64,000 bases of DNA, taken from the sequence record OL615013; one strand, written 5' to 3'. Within the stretch, counting starts at the first letter, position 1, and each line of letters opens with the position of its first letter. The DNA comes from Shigella phage ChubbyThor. The notes under the pieces were generated by a model that worked only from the letters and a program-made list of their open reading frames with translations, was not told the DNA's origin and did no database searches. Shown one piece after another: positions 54,392 through 64,000 of the stretch. A program made the translations under genes and the position numbers.

Positions 54392-57300
54392 TTATGCCAG
54401 AGCAATCAAACGGAAATCTTTGAATGATGGCGGCGCTGTACGGTTGCCTCTCACCAGCAGGCGGATCTTCAGGCCAACGAAAGGATTGGTGCTGTCCACA
54501 GTCTTGTCATATTCGTATTCAAAGAATGTAGAACCATCGTTGACCAGAGGGGATGTTGGAGTCACGGTTTCCCATGCGACATCATCCATCTCCTGACCAG
54601 CGCGGAGCAGTTTCACCTGTACAGTCATTGAAGACTGAGAAGGCAGCATCGCACCGAAGTATTGCTTCAGGGTGGTGCAAGGGTTATCGAAGCCGATATC
54701 CTTGGTCACATAACTGAACACGTCTTCAAACGGATCCACCCCGTAGGTGTTGAAGATGACAGTGAAATCATCTCCATCGATCATCGGAGCCGTGTACACG
54801 TTGCTTTCGTTACGCGTCATTGTCGCCCGCACCTGGAAGTCACCCACTTGGCGATAGATGCCTTCCGTCGGCAGAGACACGTCCGTATCGGATTCGAACT
54901 CAGCCCAATCAGAGAATGAGTTGGAGGTCGCATCGCGGTAACGGTATTCCAGTTTCAATACAGATCCTTCCAGGGCTGAATTGGTGACGCTTGCGTAGAA
55001 CATGTCTACCAAGTAGTTGCCCAGGAAAGAAGCCTCTTCACCACCAATCTGCCCGTCGGAGTCGGCGTTGGAACTCAGAACAAATTTGAACGTCGTGAAC
55101 GTCGCGTCTGTCACAGTGTGTTGGGCGTTCAGTTGCTCAGGAGTGAAACCACAACCACCCGTCAGACCAGACAGGGTAACACTTTCACCCGCAGTCAGGC
55201 CATGCCCCGGCGCGTACACTGTAACAGTTGAAGAACCGTTGACACATTTCACGGTGTTCAGACCCAGAGGGCGGATCTTCGGACCGACTTTAGCATCGAA
55301 GGTCACGATGTTTGAACCAGCGGAGAAGTTACAGCGATACACACGGAACTTCATATCGGCAGTCTGGTTTGGAGTCCAAGTCGTGCCGTTGGAAGACGTG
55401 AAGAACACGCCAGTGTACGGCTGCTTGGCGATGTACTCGTTGGTCAGCAAGTTCTTTTTGCCCATCTCTGCGATGTATGCGTTGTAGTCCTGAGTGTTGG
55501 CCAGGAGCACGATCGCGAACTCAGTCTGCGCCTGCAGATACACAGGATAATCAAACTTGAACATCGTTGGTACAGAAGAGTCTGTGGAGACGGAAACTTC
55601 TGATGGGTTCAAAGTCTTACGAGTGACCACAGTCGTCGCAGGCAGGCCATTACTCATCTCACGGATTTCCAGAGTAATCGGGATATCACGGGACTTGGTG
55701 GAGAAGAAGACTTCAATCCCTTCGATGTACTCACCACCAATATTGGTAGCAACCATGAAGGATTGAGCAATCGGGTCTTTCCACTTCGCAACTTCAACCG
55801 TCTCCGTTTTGTTTTCGGTGGACTTGGTCGCAGTGTAACCCAGGACGCGAGTGTTGACATAGGTCTTTTGAATGCCCTGTTTCTTACCGAAGGATTTGTG
55901 AACCGCTTCAGCATTGGTCAGGGTATCATCAGCAGACTTGCTGTCCACAGGGCTGTCAGTCAGACGGAAGACGTTGTCGCCCGTGTTGAACTTAACAGTC
56001 TCGTTCTGAGGCACTGCGAACACGCCTTTGATATTACCGTTGGCATCAGTGTTCAGCGCGCCACCCAGTACGCCACCACTTGGAGTACAGTACGCGCTCA
56101 CATCACGCCCTGAGAAGAACGGATATACACGAGTGAACGGACGCAGGCCTGTGGCTTCGAAGTTGATGTTCGTTTTGCGCATGTATGGAATAACCTGCGT
56201 TTCAACGATCTGCTCGCCAGTCAGGGTAGTCGTCGTCTTGTCGGTGTACGTGTACGTGGTGACGTCACGGGTAGACACAGTCGTGCGGTAGCGGTAGCCC
56301 CACCATACGCCGCCTGCGCCATGTGGTTCCCACACACGCTCAGACACAGACACAGTACGCCATGTGCCATACACAGAACCTTCTTTGATCGCGCCGCGTG
56401 TGTTGATCGTTTCGTTGATCACACGTGGAGCAACATAGTAGTTCTCGAACCAGTAGTCGGTGGTCGGGTTCAGCTTCAGGAAACCTTCCCAGTTGAATAC
56501 CGCATATGGGTTCACGTTGATGGTCGTGGTCGCATAATCCTGGCGCACAGAGATCTCACGGGTGTAGTTGCATACAACCATGCCATCCTGAACGTTGTTC
56601 CAGCCTACTGGCGTCAGGTCAACCGCATTCTGCTGAACGAACGGGCGTAGGCGACCATTGTCAGTATCGATTGAACCTACCCAGTCAGCAGACAAATCGT
56701 CGATCAGACGGAAGTCTTTGAACGGGTCGGCAGCGATACCGTTTTTGAAGCGCGGGTTGCCAGTGATCGGGTCGAACACCTGCTGAGTCATAGCTGAAGA
56801 TTCCAGCTGTGACAGTGAGGTGTAGTATTCAACATTGGAGATACGGGTCTCCAGTTTACCGATATCACGCATCGTGTAACGACGGTTGTCGATGGTACGA
56901 ATCTGAATATCGTCGATGTTGGCCGTGTAAGGCGGGATCATCAGTTCGTACAGACGCATGCCGTTGTCTGGGATCGCAGGCGAAGCCAGGTTGTTGGAAC
57001 TCACACCACGCGCCACATTGAACACGCCGTTGTCGGCCAGATACACAGCATCAATACGAGGCAGGTAGTACTCCGCATCGAGGACGATAGCAGTGTTCGG
57101 GCGAACCATATCAGTGTCGGAAGCGCCGCTGGTGATCTTAGGACGGAAGTCCAGGCAGTCTGCCAGGCCATACACAGTACCAGAACTGGACGAAACATAG
57201 TTCGGAATGTCTGGGTAATCGATGGAAGAATAGGAATCCGCTGTGAAGAAATCACCAGAGCTGTGAGCGAAATACTGATACACCACCGTGAACGTCCCTG

Positions 57301-59230
57301 AAATGGCTCCAGTGCCCGATAACAGGTTAGAACGATAGTATGCAGCATCACGCTGGCCGCCGTCCAGAGTGAAGTTAGAGGTGACGTCAGCGCCACTTGC
57401 ATTCTTCACGCTGACCAGCTTGTAGCCGTCGTGGTTGTTCAGCTGTACGCTGGCCGCCGAAGTGAACGTCACAGTCTCGGTGACTTCGGTAACAGTCTTG
57501 GTCTTGATCGTCGCTGTGGTGCGGACCATCAGTGCCAACAGGTTGATAGACTGGTTGGCGTACCCCGCACCCAGGGAAATCTGCAGTGCTGAACCGACCG
57601 GAGTACCAGTCAGGGACAGTCCCGAAGAGATATCAAACTGAGCTGCAGTGCCGTCTGCCTTCGCCGCTGAGTACAAAGAGAATTCAGGGCTGAAGCTGTA
57701 ACCCAGAGGAGCAGAGATAGAGCCTGCGCCTGCCGCGTTCAACGTGATCTTGTTTGACCGCAGGACGGTGTAGTTGATGTCGATGGTCCCCGTAGGAGCC
57801 AGCGTCTTCACACCAAATACAGGCAGAGGGAAGATCAGGTCAATTGCTGAACTCTGGCTGAACTGATTAGACTCCAGTTCGCAAGAGAACATTGTTGTAC
57901 CGCTTTCTTCGTATGCAACTTTGGTGACAGTACCCATGTCCCCAGTGACAACGAGGTCGCGCATATACAGACGGAATTCCGCTCCAGAACGTTCTGCTGA
58001 AATCAGGAGGGCAGTGGCCTGGACAGCGCTGGATGCGTTCAGGAACTTGTAACGGATTGTGCGAGAGACAACCGGAACCCCTTTGGAGTTCTTGGACACC
58101 AGATAGTTGCCAGTCGCAACAGCCACAGGGTTGTTGTTCAGGGTATCGGTGTCACGGGCTTTATCAATAGTGACCAGCTCTTCGCCGAGGTTTTCGATAC
58201 GACGGCCACGAACGTAGGAGATCCCTGGCTTCATGACCGCCACGAATTTGCTTGCGTCACCACCTTCGGCAGGAGTATAAACGCCACCGTTGTTGTTCTG
58301 TTTCAGATGTTCACGCAGGTCGATCTGATGAGTGGAGACGTTGTAATCCCCGTTGGTCTCATAAGTGCGCTGCGCCATACTGTCTTCGAGGATGTTGTAG
58401 GTGGACTGGGTCACCATGGACTGAATGCGCCCATCTTTGACTTTCGCCAGCTCTACGAAGTCCGCCACTTCTTCATCATAACCGAAGCGTGACAACACCA
58501 GGTCCACGCGGAAACGGTGCGCGCCAGGGGCTTTGGAGTTTGGCGTTCCCTGAGCATTGGAGAATAGGCTTTCATCTTCTACTTCAGTGACGATGGTCTC
58601 TGTTACTTTGAAGCCCACCCGGTGTGAAGTAGAGTTGGAAGCGTTGTCGACGATCAGAGTTGCTGGCTCAACGTCCAGGAACATACCGCGGACGAAGTAA
58701 ACGCCTTTGGTCATACGAGCAACGATAGAGCCACCCACAGTCGCAGCAATACCATAACCGATACGAATGAAGTTATCGTTCACATCGTAGGTGTTGAAGT
58801 ACAGGTTGTCGCCGACGCCAAAGCCGTCAGATGAACCACTTTCAGTCATCTCGAGGATAGCGTACATCGTATCCGGTTCTGAAACATAGCGCTCCAGGGA
58901 CAGCACACGCGCCTTGGCGTTGTTGTCTTTGCCCAGGACGTACAGTTCTGCAATGTTCTCCAGGTCGGTGAACTCGGTGCCGCCAGCCAGAGTGAATTTC
59001 ATAGACACGGCTGTATTGGTGATTGTCAGGCCACCGGGGATAACCATCGAACCGTCTTTGAACAGATGGTTCCCGAGTTTCTCCAGCTGATCCTGGAAGA
59101 TGGTCTGCATCTGGTTCAGTTCACGGGTCTGAACTTTGATAGGAGCCGGACGAAACAGGATGCGTGAAAAACGCTTCTCTGGATTCCAATCATCCCAGTA
59201 TGGGCGGCGGTTGAGGTTCATTTCTTGCAT
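54392..59230 (-). CDS. very large virion structural protein (about 1612 aa), likely tail/baseplate or fibre component
   Basis: Single long ORF in late block; start moved to ATG at 59228-59230 (MQEMNLNRRPYWDD...); Thr/Ser/Asn/Gly-rich beta-type composition. Confidence 0.6.
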   Translation of the reverse strand: MQEMNLNRRPYWDDWNPEKRFSRILFRPAPIKVQTRELNQMQTIFQDQLEKLGNHLFKDGSMVIPGGLTITNTAVSMKFTLAGGTEFTDLENIAELYVLGKDNNAKARVLSLERYVSEPDTMYAILEMTESGSSDGFGVGDNLYFNTYDVNDNFIRIGYGIAATVGGSIVARMTKGVYFVRGMFLDVEPATLIVDNASNSTSHRVGFKVTETIVTEVEDESLFSNAQGTPNSKAPGAHRFRVDLVLSRFGYDEEVADFVELAKVKDGRIQSMVTQSTYNILEDSMAQRTYETNGDYNVSTHQIDLREHLKQNNNGGVYTPAEGGDASKFVAVMKPGISYVRGRRIENLGEELVTIDKARDTDTLNNNPVAVATGNYLVSKNSKGVPVVSRTIRYKFLNASSAVQATALLISAERSGAEFRLYMRDLVVTGDMGTVTKVAYEESGTTMFSCELESNQFSQSSAIDLIFPLPVFGVKTLAPTGTIDINYTVLRSNKITLNAAGAGSISAPLGYSFSPEFSLYSAAKADGTAAQFDISSGLSLTGTPVGSALQISLGAGYANQSINLLALMVRTTATIKTKTVTEVTETVTFTSAASVQLNNHDGYKLVSVKNASGADVTSNFTLDGGQRDAAYYRSNLLSGTGAISGTFTVVYQYFAHSSGDFFTADSYSSIDYPDIPNYVSSSSGTVYGLADCLDFRPKITSGASDTDMVRPNTAIVLDAEYYLPRIDAVYLADNGVFNVARGVSSNNLASPAIPDNGMRLYELMIPPYTANIDDIQIRTIDNRRYTMRDIGKLETRISNVEYYTSLSQLESSAMTQQVFDPITGNPRFKNGIAADPFKDFRLIDDLSADWVGSIDTDNGRLRPFVQQNAVDLTPVGWNNVQDGMVVCNYTREISVRQDYATTTINVNPYAVFNWEGFLKLNPTTDYWFENYYVAPRVINETINTRGAIKEGSVYGTWRTVSVSERVWEPHGAGGVWWGYRYRTTVSTRDVTTYTYTDKTTTTLTGEQIVETQVIPYMRKTNINFEATGLRPFTRVYPFFSGRDVSAYCTPSGGVLGGALNTDANGNIKGVFAVPQNETVKFNTGDNVFRLTDSPVDSKSADDTLTNAEAVHKSFGKKQGIQKTYVNTRVLGYTATKSTENKTETVEVAKWKDPIAQSFMVATNIGGEYIEGIEVFFSTKSRDIPITLEIREMSNGLPATTVVTRKTLNPSEVSVSTDSSVPTMFKFDYPVYLQAQTEFAIVLLANTQDYNAYIAEMGKKNLLTNEYIAKQPYTGVFFTSSNGTTWTPNQTADMKFRVYRCNFSAGSNIVTFDAKVGPKIRPLGLNTVKCVNGSSTVTVYAPGHGLTAGESVTLSGLTGGCGFTPEQLNAQHTVTDATFTTFKFVLSSNADSDGQIGGEEASFLGNYLVDMFYASVTNSALEGSVLKLEYRYRDATSNSFSDWAEFESDTDVSLPTEGIYRQVGDFQVRATMTRNESNVYTAPMIDGDDFTVIFNTYGVDPFEDVFSYVTKDIGFDNPCTTLKQYFGAMLPSQSSMTVQVKLLRAGQEMDDVAWETVTPTSPLVNDGSTFFEYEYDKTVDSTNPFVGLKIRLLVRGNRTAPPSFKDFRLIALA

Positions 59231-59264
59231 TTTGATGCTCCATCGATAGGTGCCATTATAGAGA

Positions 59265-59271
59265 TATTTAG
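59265..59271 (-). promoter_or_regulatory. CTAAATA late-promoter-like motif upstream of the large structural gene
   Basis: minus-sense TACTAAATATC about 35 nt upstream of ATG 59230. Confidence 0.4.
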
Positions 59272-59300
59272 TATACAGCCAACCGAGGAATAGAAAGAAA

Positions 59301-59322
59301 AAGCCCCTCATCTGAGGGGCTT
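59301..59322 (-). terminator. intrinsic terminator after tailspike-like gene
   Basis: AAGCCCCTCA / TGAGGGGCTT inverted repeat; minus-strand RNA continues UUUCUUUCUAUU. Confidence 0.65.
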
Positions 59323-59328
59323 TGTCTA

Positions 59329-61113
59329 TCAAGCGGAAGCATTCCATTGGCCAGCATTGATCACCCATGTGCTCGTTACTTTTGAATACACCATTTTCAC
59401 GAGATTCATTTTCGTGGTGGCGGTGTTAGCGCCAGTCACATCAACAGGGACACCCGCTATGCTCAATGAAGCAATGTTTGAACCTCTCAGTAAAAACGTC
59501 AGCTCCATACCATCATATGGCGTACCAGTAAATGCGATGTTGGAACCAGAAGAAACGTTTCTTCGATAGCACCCATAACCGCTGTTTATGTCGACAGAGT
59601 CAGTTGTGAGCTGTAATGGCAATTTTCCACGACTTAGTTTACATGCCGTTACAACGCCGAGATCATCAATGCCTCGACTTGCACCCCAACGTGCGATGTT
59701 GACTATGTGGCCAGTCACACCAGCGTCTTGCGCACCACCAATGTCGAAGAAACCTCCAGCCCTTGTACCCCATATCGGCTCATCAATCAAGCTGTTGGTG
59801 GAGCCAGTTACACTATAACCATGTGCGAGGGTTCCTTGGCTTGGAGAAGAGTGTGTACAATCTCGGAATGTAGCATCTTGAGAACCACTGATGCGGACAT
59901 CAGAGATACTATTGTTCTCGTAATACATTCCATATACCTTTGTTCCCTTGGCCTGATCCAAGAAACCATACTTCGTGGTATTCTGGCTGAACCCGTTAAC
60001 AAAACAGACTGCTTCTGTGGGGAATGTTGTGGTGTAATCCCAAGAGGTCCCGCCGTCGGTGGAGTGTCTTACGATAATACCATAATCTGGCATATCCACT
60101 TCTGGTGCACCGGAATAACCGTCAAATCCTGTTATCACAATAGCATTGGCACCGTTCTGTACTATTAACCGACTAGAACCAGCCCCGCCGCCGATAACCT
60201 CGCAACCGTCTATTTTCAAACCGTAGCACAAAGTCCCTATCTCTATCCCGACATTATTAATGGCCGTCCCCATGTCTACCCACATCATATCCAGATGTCC
60301 ATGGTTCCTCCAATATTTGGCTCTGAAAGCGACGCAACCCGTTTTACCATTCAATGATATTCTGATATTGTGTAATTTGCAGTTTCTCACTGCATTGCCA
60401 CCAGAACGGGAAGGGTCAATCGTGAGAACACCGACATTATTTCCACCAGCCAAGAATAATGCACCGGAATGTGCATAAATTTCAGAGTTAGGATAAAACG
60501 CCAACGCCTGGCCAGTTACCGTATAGTTGCCAGGAAGAAACTGGAATGTCCCACCCTGGGATAATTTAGTTTGTATAAGAGACTGAGACATCGAAGGGTC
60601 GATGACAGTTAGACGATAAAACCCAGAGTATAACTCATCTCTCAATGCATCTGGATCCAATTTCACCCAGTTAGAACTTGACAACCCACCAGTATTGGCA
60701 ATGGTGCTCCCAGCATTTACAGATTTGGGTAAAGTACCACCCCAACGGTAAAGGCTTGTACCATCAGAAACGACTTCATTTCTAACACGTATCGTGAACC
60801 CCGAATCGAAGTTTTCGACCAAAGTTACAAATTCCTTCCGAAGCACTGCAAGAACCCCCAGGTCTACAGTGCCCGTATTGTGTACGAGAATGCCGTCTGT
60901 CAGGCTGGTGATGGTAGCGCCAGCGGGCAGGTTGGAAGGCAGTGCATAGGAGCGCTGAGTGACCTTATCGTAGATCACCTTGTAACCAGTCAGGGTGGAT
61001 CCTGGTTTAGCATAGAGAACCTCAGACTTCTTGCACCCAAACTTACGAGCAATGGAGTCTTTGTTTGTCTCCTTAGAGACAGAGCCTTTCGGCTGTGAAA
61101 ATTGCGGATTCAT
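59329..61113 (-). CDS. tailspike-like protein with right-handed beta-helix region (putative depolymerase)
   Basis: Repetitive G/N/V/I-rich segments (NAVRNCKLHNIRISLNGKTGCVAF ... GIEIGTLCYGLKIDGCEVIGGGAG) typical of pectate-lyase-fold tailspikes. Confidence 0.6.
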   Translation of the reverse strand: MNPQFSQPKGSVSKETNKDSIARKFGCKKSEVLYAKPGSTLTGYKVIYDKVTQRSYALPSNLPAGATITSLTDGILVHNTGTVDLGVLAVLRKEFVTLVENFDSGFTIRVRNEVVSDGTSLYRWGGTLPKSVNAGSTIANTGGLSSSNWVKLDPDALRDELYSGFYRLTVIDPSMSQSLIQTKLSQGGTFQFLPGNYTVTGQALAFYPNSEIYAHSGALFLAGGNNVGVLTIDPSRSGGNAVRNCKLHNIRISLNGKTGCVAFRAKYWRNHGHLDMMWVDMGTAINNVGIEIGTLCYGLKIDGCEVIGGGAGSSRLIVQNGANAIVITGFDGYSGAPEVDMPDYGIIVRHSTDGGTSWDYTTTFPTEAVCFVNGFSQNTTKYGFLDQAKGTKVYGMYYENNSISDVRISGSQDATFRDCTHSSPSQGTLAHGYSVTGSTNSLIDEPIWGTRAGGFFDIGGAQDAGVTGHIVNIARWGASRGIDDLGVVTACKLSRGKLPLQLTTDSVDINSGYGCYRRNVSSGSNIAFTGTPYDGMELTFLLRGSNIASLSIAGVPVDVTGANTATTKMNLVKMVYSKVTSTWVINAGQWNASA

Positions 61114-61143
61114 GTGAATCTCCTGTTGTTATTCTCAATGGAA

Positions 61144-61161
61144 AAGCCCCCGAAGGGGCTT
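61144..61161 (-). terminator. terminator hairpin between the two tailspike-like genes
   Basis: AAGCCCC / GGGGCTT stem with CGAA tetraloop. Confidence 0.5.
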
Positions 61162-61164
61162 AGC

Positions 61165-63870
61165 TTAGTTAACGGAATCGAGAGAAGAAATCAATTTCAA
61201 ATTGATCTGTACCTGAGACTCCGCAGTTACAGCAGGAATAGCCAGACCACCAGCATTAAGCCCAAAATTCGCAATAAAGCCAGTAGTTGAAGATCTCACT
61301 ACGTCAAATCCTGTACCGCCTGAGCCGGTGCTTGCAAATTGAGTCTGCTTAGCACCGAAAGCATCACCCGTACCAGCTATTGCTACTTGCCAAATACCAC
61401 GGAATAACGTAGCCGCAATATTAGCTGCCGCAGCGCCAGCAGCACGAGTGATCTTCATGTTGTCGTAGAACCAGACTTCCTGAATTGTAGCAATGTTACG
61501 AGCACCGAAACTAACAACTTGGTTCCCTTCAAAGCTGTAGTTAGTTCGGTTATCAACAACAAAATCACATAACATACAGGTCTGGGTAGACACATTAAGA
61601 TCTAAGGTATTTCCATGTGCAATGAGTGACTTAGGAATACCTTGTACGCGGAAACCCGCAGAACGGTATGTAAGATTCAACGTATTTAATTGCTTGATAC
61701 TGTTAGCCATCAGTTTCACACGTTGACCTCGGTATACCATAGTGTTAGCTGCACCTGCGTTAACAATAATACCTTCGGCATTGTTATTAAGCGTATCGCA
61801 CTTCAGCACTACAGTATTATGGCTAATATCAATATCCTGGAACACAGCATAAGTTGCATCCCCTGCTCCGGTACTGATTGCAACACCATCAAAAGCTCGG
61901 AGTTCGCAATAGTTATTATTGATTTTAACAAAAGGATCTGGGTAAGTAGCCTGGGTTGCTTCACCCCCACCACCAACATCAATGCTCCTTGTATACTTGC
62001 CTCCAATTAACAAACCAGTAGTAAAACTGGCAGGTATGTTACGAGAACGCACATAGTTATTGGAAATGATTAAGTTATAAGGTTCATAGTTCGGTGCCCA
62101 ACCCGACCCACATTTAGCATAAATACCTACAACACCATGTTCTAAACACTGGTTATTGGTAATGATCGCCTGACCGCCACCGTGGAAGTCAATACACTTA
62201 CGGCGACAGTTACGAATCATGTTTTCACTGATGGTTACATTACGAATGCGGCGGTTACGTCCATGCGTGATTCCGTAACCAGGATCGTAACTGGCATTCA
62301 GGGTATCATCACCATTCGGGTGACCAATATCTTCAATGTTATTTCCCAGATAAACTAAGCGATAACCAGACAACACATAAATTCCTGCACTGTAACAGTT
62401 ACGAATGTAACACTTGCTTACCATCACACCATCTGGAACATCAGATTCTGTGGTGTAGTCGGCGCTACCGTAAGCTACGGCTGCATTACGGATACCAATA
62501 CCTACAGCACCATAGTTAAAGCCTGTGATGCGGCAACGATTGATTAAAATGCCACGACAAGCACGCTGAACTTTAATACCACAAGCCCAGCTACCGATGT
62601 AACCATTTAAGAACTCACCCCATTTGTTCTGCCAACCTGCTGCTTGGGATCCATCAGCATTATAATTAGGGAATTGTCCTTGAGTACCGTCATAAGCACC
62701 ACTGGTATAGTTGCTGGTATCAAGCCCATTATTAGGTGCAAGTACCATAGCGCTGTCATACCCGAAACGCTCTTCGCCTTTTTCAGCATAACCAGTAGTA
62801 ACATCGATAGCAGGAAATACACCTGGCCCCTGAATTGCTAACTCTACAGTCACGTTTTCACAAGCAATAAGCGCAAGTGCATCCATACCGTGAGTTTTTA
62901 CAATTAAAGTACCGTTGTAAATTTTGATGTTCTTCTTGCCTACTAAAGCCAAGCAAGGACTAAAGTTGTGAGTACCGTCAGAAAAATCAGGTTCAGATGG
63001 ATATTTAGTAGCCAAGTCTGGATTTTTACTGATCAGGTACGTACCACCATAGAGATTAATATCTCCAGTGGATGCATCAAAATAATTTTGAAGCGCTTTA
63101 GTATCATCAGCCTGACCATCAGCTTTTGCTTTAAAATCTTTAGGGCTTAAGTTCTCATTGCCTTTATCCTGGATAGTACGTGCTACCGTATCCGCACCAG
63201 GGGCTTTGTAGCCAACTAAAGATGAACCTGTAGATTTGGCTAAATCTGCACGAAGGGTGTCATCTACGCTTTCTAAAGCCTCATTAATAGTGTTAAGTTC
63301 TTCCTGTACCGTGTTACCGGAAGTTGTACCAATCAGACTTGCGCCTCCATCGGAAGAGAGCGCCAGGTAATTCTGTTTGATGGACATCTCAGCCACAACC
63401 CAAACACCAGCAGCCGGAGATCCATTCAGGAACGACACCACACCAGTCGTTCTGTTGTAGGTGTAATCAACCCCAGGAACCTGGAACTTCCCGTCAATGT
63501 GCAGAGATTGTACACCATATGTCGTGAAGTCTGGGGTGAATGAGGTCTCGCTGCCAACTGCCTGGAACTTGTAGATGCGAATCCCGTTTTCATAATCTTC
63601 TGGTGACAGGATCTTGTCAAATAGGCAGTAAACGACGTCATCTGCTTCAAGAGATCGACCGAGGTTGACTGTGTTCCCATCGATTTCATAGTTGTCAACA
63701 GGAACCTGGACGCCGCCGTTGATGGTGATGAATCCCGTAACAGGATAGAACGGGAGGGAGATAAACGTCTCTCCACCCGTTGCTGTGTAAGTGTATGGAA
63801 TCTGGTGCGGGGCTGTTACAACCGCTCCAAAGATGCTCTCGACGTTTCTGGTCATTTGAAGATACCCCAT
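61165..63870 (-). CDS. tailspike-like protein with right-handed beta-helix region (putative depolymerase)
   Basis: PbH1-like repeats (IRNCYSAGIYV, ISENMIRNCRRKCIDFHGGGQAIITNNQCLEHGVVGIY, IISNNYVRSRN); 901 aa. Confidence 0.6.
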   Translation of the reverse strand: MGYLQMTRNVESIFGAVVTAPHQIPYTYTATGGETFISLPFYPVTGFITINGGVQVPVDNYEIDGNTVNLGRSLEADDVVYCLFDKILSPEDYENGIRIYKFQAVGSETSFTPDFTTYGVQSLHIDGKFQVPGVDYTYNRTTGVVSFLNGSPAAGVWVVAEMSIKQNYLALSSDGGASLIGTTSGNTVQEELNTINEALESVDDTLRADLAKSTGSSLVGYKAPGADTVARTIQDKGNENLSPKDFKAKADGQADDTKALQNYFDASTGDINLYGGTYLISKNPDLATKYPSEPDFSDGTHNFSPCLALVGKKNIKIYNGTLIVKTHGMDALALIACENVTVELAIQGPGVFPAIDVTTGYAEKGEERFGYDSAMVLAPNNGLDTSNYTSGAYDGTQGQFPNYNADGSQAAGWQNKWGEFLNGYIGSWACGIKVQRACRGILINRCRITGFNYGAVGIGIRNAAVAYGSADYTTESDVPDGVMVSKCYIRNCYSAGIYVLSGYRLVYLGNNIEDIGHPNGDDTLNASYDPGYGITHGRNRRIRNVTISENMIRNCRRKCIDFHGGGQAIITNNQCLEHGVVGIYAKCGSGWAPNYEPYNLIISNNYVRSRNIPASFTTGLLIGGKYTRSIDVGGGGEATQATYPDPFVKINNNYCELRAFDGVAISTGAGDATYAVFQDIDISHNTVVLKCDTLNNNAEGIIVNAGAANTMVYRGQRVKLMANSIKQLNTLNLTYRSAGFRVQGIPKSLIAHGNTLDLNVSTQTCMLCDFVVDNRTNYSFEGNQVVSFGARNIATIQEVWFYDNMKITRAAGAAAANIAATLFRGIWQVAIAGTGDAFGAKQTQFASTGSGGTGFDVVRSSTTGFIANFGLNAGGLAIPAVTAESQVQINLKLISSLDSVN

Positions 63871-63891
63871 AGAGGATTTGCCAATATGGGG

Positions 63892-63898
63892 TATTTAG
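63892..63898 (-). promoter_or_regulatory. CTAAATA late-promoter-like motif upstream of tailspike-like gene
   Basis: minus-sense CACTAAATACCCCATATT about 22 nt upstream of ATG 63870. Confidence 0.4.
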
Positions 63899-63976
63899 TG
63901 ATAATGGATATCAGCCGGAACCGCCACCTTGAGAGAATAGATCTTTCATACCACACCTCAATTTTATTCTAAGAAT

Positions 63977-63996
63977 AAGCCCCCATTTGGGGGCTT
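63977..63996 (-). terminator. terminator hairpin at right window edge
   Basis: AAGCCCCC / GGGGGCTT 8-bp stem, loop ATTT, A/U-rich flank. Confidence 0.5.
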
Positions 63997-64000
63997 AGTT

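Noticed and set aside
1-64000. CRISPR array or other regularly spaced direct repeats
   Set aside because: No evenly spaced repeat-spacer pattern was seen; the repeated elements are short terminator hairpins and promoter-like motifs.

Overview
This window reads as a segment of a T4-superfamily myovirus genome, with almost every gene on the minus strand. All calls are from reading the sequence and ORF track by eye and from remembered family motifs; no database search or computation was run. Left part (1-22 kb): early and replication-type genes, including Rad50/Mre11-like gp46/gp47, late sigma factor gp55, RNase HI, a DinG/XPD-like Fe-S helicase, an HU-like protein, and an accessory stretch of small unknown, secreted and lipoprotein genes with an HNH endonuclease and a ParB-like nuclease. 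Around 18.5-21 kb sits a NAMPT-family gene overlapping a PRPP-synthetase-family gene, matching the arrangement of the phage NAD+ reconstitution counter-defence pathway (NARP1-like). Middle (22-34 kb): three large unknown ORFs, then regA, clamp loader gp62/gp44, sliding clamp gp45, UvsW helicase, a PD-(D/E)xK nuclease, a GIY-YIG homing endonuclease and UvsY. Right part (39.9-64 kb): a T4-ordered late block gp23, gp22, gp21, gp68, gp67, gp20, gp19, gp18, gp17, gp16, gp15, gp14, gp13, followed by a roughly 1600-aa structural protein and two beta-helix tailspike-like proteins. The strongest individual observations are a 159-aa mini-intein inside the Walker A P-loop of terminase gp17, a recurring CTAAATA-type motif upstream of late genes in place of the T4 TATAAATA late promoter, four homing-endonuclease-like genes, and an acyl-carrier-protein-like protein whose phosphopantetheine serine is replaced by glutamate. 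The gene content and multiple tailspikes resemble Ackermannviridae-like phages, but that is inference. The ORF track uses TTG/GTG as start in several places and omits ORFs under about 60 aa and edge-truncated ORFs; several starts were moved to internal ATGs with Shine-Dalgarno support. CDS coordinates include the stop codon. No tRNA, rRNA or CRISPR array was found.
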